From Octopus bimaculoides (taxonomy: Eukaryota): a DNA stretch of 46,578 bases. The stretch is from positions 79,960,195 to 80,006,772 of the forward strand of contig NC_068988.1 of assembly GCF_001194135.2 (NCBI RefSeq), given 5' to 3'. This document shows, in pieces, positions 37,101 through 46,578 of this stretch. The position numbers were made by a program, and so were the translations under genes. Below the pieces are notes generated by a model. It did not search any database. It saw nothing but the letters and a program-made list of their open reading frames with translations, and had not been told where the DNA came from. Each line of letters begins with the position of its first letter. Position 1 is the stretch's first letter.

Positions 37101-38659
37101 ACTTCGTAAAAAAGTGAAATTTCACCAGAGAGTGATGGTTTGAGTATTCTAGCTGTAGAATTCCCGGTGAGTGGAGAGTACAGTTCGATTGAAGCCGTGT
37201 CATTTTAGTTAGAACGTTAATAATCCCGTGGAAAGTATGAAATTTGTCCGAAAATATAGTGATATGCTAAGTCTATTTAATCGAATTATTCCAGTATCTC
37301 CTAGGCTTCGTTAAGCAAAAGACTACAGTAGATATTCTGAACAAATCTTTACATTGCTGTTTGCGCTTTAAGAGCGGATGAAAATGACCACAATATTTTT
37401 GTGGGAAGCTGCGACCCCAAGCTTTAAGAGTCAGTGAGGTATAAAGGTACACAAATCCTATAATTAACGGGATATGTCATCGGATACAAAGCAAGAAAGC
37501 CGATTGAAGAAGAGGATTAAATCTTAAAACATTAAGAATTATATAACCTCAAAAAACAGTACTGAACATATATTGCTGTATATTTTAGAAACTATATGGT
37601 TATTTGGATATTTGTTTGACTTTTTTCTATTGCTATTTTAAAATGTTCTTGGTACAATAGTTCTATTTAGTTCTTTATAATTTTTCTCTTTTTTTTTTAC
37701 TATTCAGTTTTATTTCAAATAAAATGAACATCAGACTTTTATTACCGTTGCAGTACATAAAACTATTCATTATCAAGAGTTGAAAAAATGTGTTGTTTTA
37801 TACAATGTACATTATTTTGTAGTTTAATCTACAAAGCAATTTTGAAAATACACTTAATAAAATTGGCAAAAATAGATAAATCAAAGAATAATATGGGTTT
37901 CATTATGTATTCTACAATGAGTGGGTGTTTCTTGGCAATAGCATTTAAAATATTGAGGGTACAACTTTAAGCAAAGCAATAATCAAAGGTATTGTCATTA
38001 TCTGCTAGAGTGCAGCTTGAGGAACTATTTTGCATGGCGAGTAATTACTTTTGTATAGAAGGATTTCACGAAGTTAGTTTACAAGGAACAAACTACATTA
38101 GGGTTAGTGTGCTGTGTTTATATATTTTCATAGATAAGGGTTAGGAACCGCTTAAGATCTAATTGTTGTCTCTGCTGGAGAAAAGAGAGAATGTCATTTT
38201 GCTTGGTGCTACAGTTGTGATAGTGGATTTCATTCCGCGTATTCTAAGTAATGTTTTTTTTCCTGGTACAGCCAGTGCCTAAATGCATGGTTATCACTTA
38301 GATTTTGTTGAATAGTGAACTTTGCTTATGTTGGGTATATGTAAAGACATTATCTATTTGTTTATCTTCGATCGCATTGTTTACATACACGTATTCGTAT
38401 ACGAAACATCATGACTTCCAGTGCGGGTTCTAATTTCTATAGAAAATCTGCAGAAATGACTTTAAAAAGTGATTTAATCGAAATGCTAACGTAGTTGGGA
38501 CGCAGTGTTGACTTATCAGTATTTAATATACTTGATAGTATATTACGGTTGCATAACGAAATACGATGTTCCTACCAGCAATTAATATGAGAAAGATGAT
38601 TTCAGCTACCTGTTGAACTATCTCAACTGTATCAAGAGTGAGTCGCATTTGTTACCAAG

Positions 38660-39100
38660 CGTAGCTAGAGAATAACTGACAAAGTTTAGACCAGTTAGCC
38701 GACTTGATATACCAAAGATTTAGGTCAGTAGTAAGTGGGTGGGGAATAGGTTATCTTGGTTAAACAAGTGGCAGAACAGCTAAATGAGAAAAGATATTGT
38801 AAGGTAAGAAGATCAAGGATGTTTTGAAAGATAGTATCAAGTATAGGCAACTGAAATAAAGACGTTAATATGGACAAGACGAACGCCTAGTTACTGGACA
38901 AACAGATTTTACTTTTTGTACTTTGCTACGCGTGCCTTGAAATCCTTGTAATTTGAGAAGTGTTTCTCAAATTTCCCTGTAGACCACTCGGTCTTCTTTA
39001 GCAACACCGAGAGATTAGTGCGATATAGTGGACATTTTGTTGTTGAACGGATCAGTCGTTAAGCAGGTTAAGATGTGTTGCAGAAAATTATTCATCCGCA
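38660..39100 (+). mobile_element. Possible highly eroded L1/Tx1-type RT fragment
   Basis: Weak motifs FRPVSRLD.PKI* (cf. FRPISLLN..KIL), GRKIKD (cf. GR.I.DN) and VNMDKTNA (cf. INLDQ.KAF) occur in the expected order. Confidence 0.3.
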
Positions 39101-39543
39101 GAAAATATGAGCGAGCCAACTTCAGCCACACGGCTTTACTATTTCTTAGAGAGTAAAATATTGAACTAGCAGCTCATGTTCATTAAAAAATATATTCTGT
39201 GGACAGTATATTTTTATCCCCATTACTGCACAGAAATCTATTTATATACCATTTTTCATACTAGCAGATAGTGAAAGTTTATCAATGGCAAAACCCCAAC
39301 TTTAGGCTACACATACAACCATAGGTTACACCTTTCGGTGATGAAGTGTATNNNNNNNNNNNNNNNNNNNNNNNNNNNNNNNNNNNNNNNNNNNNNNNNN
39401 NNNNNNNNNNNNNNNNNNNNNNNNNNNNNNNNNNNNNNNNNNNNNNNNNNNNNNNNNNNNNNNNNNNNNNNNNNNNNNNNNNNNNNNNNNNNNNNNNNNN
39501 NNNNNNNNNNNNNNNNNNNNNNNNNNNNNNNNNNNNNNNNNNN

Positions 39544-39611
<68 letters not shown>

Positions 39612-41367
39612 CATAGATTTCACCAGAAGATAAAAATTTGTATTCACCGATTCTTTTTCTATTACACAAAGATGGCATGCATATGGAATTCGTAATAAAT
39701 TTTGCAAATTTATCTTTGGCAAAAAATGTCAACGTAACATTCTTTGTTACTTAGGCCCGAACAGACTGGAAAAAAAGTCCAAAGAAATTAAAATGTATTA
39801 ATATAAATATCATAATTTATTCAAGACAGTCAATAACACTTTTAACAGTTGGCATGAATTGAGTAAAGAAATTTATACTTATGTTGTTTCAACAAAAAGC
39901 TTTCAAGAAAGAGGTGCAAAATCTTGAGAACAAACCACTATTACAGTTAAATACAATCTAGCCAGCTATCAGTCTGAGAGATCTTGAGAAACATTTTGTG
40001 GAAACATTGATGAAAGATTTTATTTCTTTTTTACTATTATTGAAACTTCAGTTACAAAGTCAAAGGAGTATAAACATGTAACCCATTTATTAATTTATGT
40101 GTTAAGTTCGTCTAACACAGTTAACTTTTCAAAAAAGTCTGATACCAATTTTCAAGTTCTACCTAAACTTTTGCTAGTGAAATACGTAAAGTATACTTCT
40201 TTCTCAACGATACAACGAAACGTCTTCGATGGATTTAAACTCATGGTCTACATGCTGACAGTCTAATTTATCCATAATTAATATCATTTTATTAAATTCT
40301 TTGACAACTTTTGAAACAAAATAAAAATTTTAAAAACAAAATTCATTATTGATAATTGTAAAGCTGATGTAAAATTGCAAAATTCACAACTCTCTTAAGA
40401 ATTGTGCTTTGTAGTTTCTAAATGCGAACAAATTTACAAGGAGATAACATTATCGAAATTATCTTAAAACATCAAAATTTGCTGCAAAACATTGTCACTT
40501 TAAAATTAATTATGGAAAAATTGGGATGTACGCCGTGCTATCAGAAAATTGTGATGTACAATGGTTATCAGAAAACAATAGAACTATGATCCTAATTCAC
40601 AATAAGCAAATTCAATGCTCTGCACCTCACTAAACAAGTAAGCACAGAACTGAACAGTAAGTTAAACAAATAATGTCATCAAAATAATATGACAATTTAT
40701 AGCATAAACGATATATCGACGTTATTGAATGGTATCATGTAATACTGAGAAAAATACATCATTAGATATAAAACATAGCATTAATAATTATCCGCAAAAC
40801 CTGAAATAGTTTCTTTAAAAGAAATCTAAACAGTTGAATATAAGAAATTATTCTGTTAAAAATAAGTGAAAGAGAACATGTAATGACAGAAAAAGAATAA
40901 ATTCAAAAGCATTGATTTATAAAAATGTTCAGTAAAGTTTTTATTAAGTAATCAAAATATGTGTTCAAATTGAACATTAAAAGTAAGCAATAATCAACTG
41001 ATTAACTTCTCAGAACTATTGTCTCTAAGAAATTATAATAGATTTTAAACTCGTGCGTAACTACAGACCCAGCTAAGACATTATCTTAATTAGCATAATA
41101 TTTAAACAATAAATTCTCATTTTCTTCCTGAGCAACACGTGTTCATCAAGTGTGTTTCAGTTCTTTGGTTGAACTGGCTACCTCATGTATTCCTAATACA
41201 TTCCAAGATAGCAGTATCTATTAAAACAATATTACATGGGAAATATAGCTTTAAATTTCTTACTACACACGATTGAAAATAATCTAACCTACGTATCTCA
41301 AATAATGTTAAATTTCAATTGAAATCGTATCAGACGCATTCCACTATACACAAAGAATACTGATTTT

Positions 41368-41410
<43 letters not shown>

Positions 41411-41522
41411 TACACTTGTAAAGGGCTATAGTCGATTAAATCAACTCTACATGTTTGTCGAGATTGTATTAAGCCTGGGGACACAAGGGAAAGGCAACTT
41501 CAACAGAAGAAATTTAAATATG

Positions 41523-41729
41523 GGTTTCAGATTTTGGTACAAGGCCAGAAATGTCGGGGAGTGGATAAGTCGATTACATGGATCCCAGTGCTCAAATGGG
41601 ACTTATTTTATCAACCCCGAAAAAATGAAAGCAAAGTCGACTTCGGCGGAATTTGAACTCAGAACACAAAGACGGAGAAAATGCTACGAAGCAGTTTTCT
41701 TGGCGAGTTAACGGTTCTGCCAATTCACC
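41523..41729 (-). mobile_element. tRNA-derived SINE family B
   Basis: Aligns with the other family B copies. Confidence 0.85.
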
Positions 41730-41743
41730 GATATAATAACAAC

Positions 41744-41777
<34 letters not shown>

Positions 41778-41784
41778 GTAATGA

Positions 41785-41972
41785 TAATCCTTTCCACTAC
41801 AGGCACTAGGCCTGGATTTTTGTGGGAGGGTGCTAGTCGAGTGGATTGACCTCAATGCTCCACTGATACTTATTTCGTCGCAGTGCTCATCTGGTACTTA
41901 TTTTGTCGACGGACGAAATACTGCTAAGTTTTTGCCCGGAGTGCTAACGGTTCTGCAAGTTCGCCACCTTAA
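41785..41972 (-). mobile_element. SINE family B with internal rearrangement
   Basis: Family B 3' part joined to a head segment ending gcaagttcgccaccttaa. Confidence 0.75.
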
Positions 41973-42970
41973 GAAACCTATGTATTACAAGCTTTTTAAT
42001 TCGGCACTTTACTCCTTCTTGCAAATAATAAATAGACGCTTAATGAAAATCATCTCAGAAATTATTGAACATTGTAATACGATGAACAAAGTTCTTGCGT
42101 TTTACTTATGTACGACGCAAGTGAAACGCTACCTTTCTCAAAGTATTATCAACGACATACACATCTTGAAGACTGACAAGCTGGATAAAAGTATTTCGAA
42201 TGAAATCGCAAATTATTTTAAAATGACCTACTTTCAGTAAAAGAGTAGATAAAATACAAAGACAAAGTTAAATTACTATATATTTCATAGTTAAGAAGGC
42301 CGTCATAAATTCTCCGCACACAGCCCGTTCTACTAGCAAATACTAATTAACACTCTTCAAATTCCCAAAATGTTATACTTAAAACAAAAATAATTTAAAG
42401 CTAGATATGTATAACCATGCTGCGTCAGAGGAATGCAACATGATGTTACACACGCATTCTGTTACATACATTACTAATTACTTCGAATAAAGGAATAATT
42501 TTCTATTCAAATTCAGTGTTTTTCTGATGATTCCATTCAAATGATACGCATTTCTAACCTAGTAACATAATTATTTATTACATCTGTACAAATATAATAG
42601 TCTATGTTGTAGAATTTGTTTAAATTTAATCCTTAGTATGCAATCAGCTTCAAAATTAAAGAATCTCTAAATTAATAGATGTATCAGTTTAGAGATCATA
42701 ACCCCGCTGGCTAGGTTTATTTATCTTTTAGAAACCTTTGTTCATAATGCCTACATATGCATATATATATATCGACTGAAATGAAGTAATAACATAATGT
42801 GCAAAAATTAGAAACATGGTTTCTGAGGAGAGATTCAATCCGATTTGCTCTTGAATTTGTAATGTATGTTGAATTAATCCACAGATAATTTTGAGAAAGC
42901 AAACATTTATATTTTATAATATTCTACAAAATATAATGGTTTATTTGTTGATAAAGCAGAAAATGCCATA

Positions 42971-44371
42971 TCTTAATATATAAAATACTCTGTCAGTGTG
43001 TGTGCCCTCAATGCAATGAGGAACAGTTCGCAAAAATAACCTCCAATTGTTTTCCTCAAAAATCCTATACGCTTGGACTCTACACAGTCCGAGGTATATT
43101 TGTAGACAATTTCATTAAAAAATATTCATTCTCCTGACAGTTAAGACTAATTGAAATGGACTCCGGTGAATTTTCCGAAAATCCTCCCCTAAAACACTTT
43201 CCCCCCATATTCGGAATCTATGATATAACACATTCGTAGAAAGTTTCATTAAAAAATATCCATTTTTCTGAAAGTTATCATCATCCAAAGTCGGGGTAGG
43301 GGCAGAAAGCCTGTGGTGAGATGGTATCAACTGTCAATGATCTCATAAAGCATGTGCTCCCAAACATGGCCCAAGACTTTAGCAACAGCCAATGGCTCTG
43401 TGAGCGAACCATCTTAGCTCCACCGAATGATGCAGTCAACAAAATCAACTGGGATCTCTTGCGGTTGTTACCCGGACAAGAACAGTCTTTCAAATCCCTC
43501 GACACTGTCATTGATCAGGACCAGGCTGTAGTTTTTCCAACTGAGTTCCTGAAGTCTCTACAGTCATCTGGGATGCTACCTCACCACTTAACACTTAAAA
43601 AAGGGACCTCAATCATGCTGCTCAGGAATCTGGATCCACCTCGTCAGTGCAATGGCACCAGACTGGTGGTGAAAGCAATGCGACCCTATGTCCTAGAGGC
43701 AACAATTATAACTGGGAACTATAAGGGTGAGGATGTTTTCCTTCCACGGTTCCCGTTAATCCCATATGACCTCCTCTGTGAATTTAAACGGTTCCAGTTC
43801 CCATTAAAACTAAGTTTCGCTATGTCAATAAACAAATCTCAAGGACAGTCTCTGAAGGTTGTTGGACTTCACCTTGCTTCTCTCATGGACAATTATATGT
43901 AGGATGTTCGCGAGTTGGAAGTCCCGAAAATCTTTTCATTTATACACCAATTAAAGGACACTTTCAAGACATCGTATATTTAGAATCTCTGGATAATTAA
44001 ACCGGATTTGTTTCAGTACATTTGTTTATACTCACGTCATCTGATACAATTTTTGTTAAATGTTTTTATTAAACTGGAGTGGAGCACCCGCAAGCCGGTT
44101 CTTCTCAAATTTATGCATTATCAGGTTCAACGTGTTTCAAATAAGTACAGACAATTGAAGGTGATTGCAAAGACAAAGAACTACCTGTTTCTTTAACAAT
44201 TTTATTAGTGAGAACATCGGATAAAACATGTTATTGACATTAATAGTTTGTACCTCAGCTAATTACTGTTGAGAATTGCATAATCCATGTTTCATTTTAC
44301 CTTGAGAATTAAAAAGCATACTTAAATTTCATTATTTTCAATAACCTGGGAAACGCCGGTTTATTAACGTA
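42971..44371 (+). mobile_element. Non-autonomous Helitron retaining both termini and a PIF1-like helicase fragment
   Basis: 5' A|TCTTAATATATAAAA start at 42971; helicase fragment at 43321-44000; candidate 3' hairpin aacctgggaaacgccggtt at 44343-44361. The terminal CTRR is degenerate. Confidence 0.7.
43321..44000 (+). pseudogene. Helitron RepHel C-terminal PIF1-family helicase fragment
   Basis: WLCERTILAP, MLLRNLDPPRQCNGTRL, FKRFQFPLKLSFAMSINKSQGQSL, then after a frameshift SHGQLYVGCSRVG. These are canonical Helitron helicase motifs. Confidence 0.92.
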
Positions 44372-44527
44372 TAAAGTTGGTACCTCAGCTACTAGGAGGT
44401 AAGACCTGCGTGGTCTATGTCTCATGTTACGTAACTGCTTTTGGCAAAGTCCTTAACGATGTAAGGGGAAATGCCTTCGCGCTTGTATCGCTAAAGCCTA
44501 AGTTTTACTCTATGTCACCAGTCATTC

Positions 44528-44640
<113 letters not shown>

Positions 44641-45750
44641 CGTGATCTAAATTTATGGTTTACATCGCGTCACAGTTAATAATGGACGTACATTACCAAC
44701 TTTGTTGGCCCTAAAATTTGTTTTAAAATTCTTTAATATATATCTAATAGCGAAATGACATCGTTACCATGATATACCTTATAAAACATTTGAAACCAAT
44801 AAATACCATTGTCTTTCTTTCGCTTTACGTAATACGTCGCCTGCTCTTATCTGAATACATGATATAGTGTCGTATGCTCAATAAATCTCCACTGGGAAAC
44901 TATCCTTCCTCTCTTAATTTTCTTGTTTTTTTTACAGCATCAGTCTTATCCCCCCACCTCTCTCTCTCTCTCACACACACACATACACACACACACTATT
45001 TGTGTGTCAGTGTGAAATTTCGATTACTCGCACGCGTGAAGTACGCAATATTCACAAACATTGAAAAATTTATATCCACTAGCTACTAGAAAATAGGGAT
45101 TTTTAGATTAAGGTTTACATATTACGTTTCTCTTTATAACAGACACCACTAAATAAATGTGATTTGAATAAATAAAATGTTGAAATAACATTCTGGAAGT
45201 GTTTTAAAATAGATTTCATGTTCGTAGTTGATGACGAGAAAGAACGCAGTAATGCATACATCCTACGATCCAATGACGTCATTCACAGCCAAATATGTGT
45301 TTTTACACTTGTCTAGGAGGAAATTTTTCTCTGGACAATTTCCGCAGCGGAGGGTCTTCTTACGTTTGAATGTACTCAAATATGTTAATATGACTTTACA
45401 CGAATATAACTTATATAACAGTTATTCCTCTTTTTAATCATTGTGCAAGTATTTTAATATATATCTTTGAATTTACGAAATAATCGATTAATTCGGTTAT
45501 AATTGATATTAAAAAAATCTTCCATTCAATAATATCATAAAATTTAGATAAACTAAGCCATAGGTTCCCATATTATTATTGTATATCATGAATTATCTCA
45601 AAAATTTTACACTAAATCATTCGTATCAATATTTGTGTAGATAATAGCTTATACAACTGATATTTTAATATTGAGAAACATTCCAAACAATATTATGTGT
45701 ACTAAAGCAAACTACTTGATAAAATTGGATAATTAATCCTTGAACTAAGC

Positions 45751-45957
45751 CAGTATGGTTGTGTGGCTAAGAAATTCATTTATGAACCGCAGGTTTCCGT
45801 GGGTAAGCGAATTGTATAGCACCTTGGTAAGTGTTTTCTACTATAAACATGAATTATCCAATAAATTGTGAGCGGAATTTGGCGGTTGAATTACGAGGAC
45901 ATAAAGAAACCAGCATCGGTTGTCAAGCAAAGTGTGAAGGCAAACACAAAGACACAG
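45751..45957. mobile_element. Degraded SINE family A chimera: sense head plus antisense body fragment
   Basis: 45751-45880 aligns to the head in sense. ccagcatcggttgtcaagc (45910-28) and caaacacaaagacaca are reverse complements of the family A body. Confidence 0.55.
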
Positions 45958-46391
45958 GCATATAAATAAATAACTGTATATATATACTATAGTAAGAGGA
46001 GGAAAATAATATCCAGGCAGATACCGAATTTCTCTAAAGTGCCAAGGCTACTTCCTATAGATGGTGCGTTTTACGGTAAATTTCATTTAACTCCCATCCG
46101 ATGTAACAGTTTTTTCCTGGCTACTTAGAGTGTAAAGAACAATATTGATAATAAGGAGAATAAAGAATTTGTACATTCATACTTTATGTTTATTTACAGT
46201 TGATTTATTCATAATAATTGGCCGACATACGTTTCGATTACGTTAATTGCATATTGTTTTATTGTAAATATGCATATAAATATGCAACAGTATGCAATTA
46301 ATGCGGTCGAAGCACGTGACAAACAATTATTATGAATAAACCAACTTTAAATAAAGTTTGAATGTTCAAATTCTTCATTTTCCTTATTATC

Positions 46392-46437
<46 letters not shown>

Positions 46438-46578
46438 ACAACCTTCCACACGGCTTGTGTCTGCCAAATTTACTCACAAAGCATTGGTCAACCTGAGGCC
46501 ATAGTAGAAGATACTTGCCCAAGTTGCCACGCAGTGGTACAGAACCCCGAAAGATGTGGTTGCTATGCGAGCTTCTAA
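46392..46578 (-). mobile_element. SINE family A head plus (CA)n, cut by the window end
   Basis: Reverse complement of the head (tagtagaagatacttgcccaagttgccacgcagtggtacagaacc). Confidence 0.85.

Noticed and set aside
43321-43902. Host PIF1 helicase gene
   Set aside because: Intronless, frameshifted, N-terminally truncated, and flanked by Helitron-type termini.

Overview
AT-rich, microsatellite-dense eukaryotic non-coding DNA. It is most likely from an Octopus draft genome; this is inferred from the SINE families and repeat landscape, not from a database hit. I found no convincing host gene exon. Every protein-like segment is a decayed transposon: RLE-type R4/Dong-like LINEs (1.2-2.8, 21.5-21.9 and 26.9-28.3 kb), a CR1-group LINE (8.0-10.2 kb), two mariner elements (13.6-14.8 and 17.2-18.3 kb), a hAT transposase (24.0-25.2 kb), a Tx1/L1-like ORF1 relic (about 31 kb) and an internally deleted Helitron (43.0-44.4 kb). 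There is also a Tc1/mariner-type MITE and many tRNA-derived SINEs. All seven N-gaps abut simple repeats. The most notable structure is at 21.3-22.3 kb: two head-to-head copies of a short element built from a tRNA-like Pol III head, an (AAT)n spacer and a tail. The tail folds into a minimal Penelope-type type I hammerhead ribozyme (CUGAUGA...GAAAC-GUU, with a palindromic AACGUU in place of stem III). One copy is interrupted by a LINE inserted into its (AAT)n tract. Other points of interest are a 3' tail shared by the CR1-like LINE and a SINE family, and local duplications, one with a template-switch signature.
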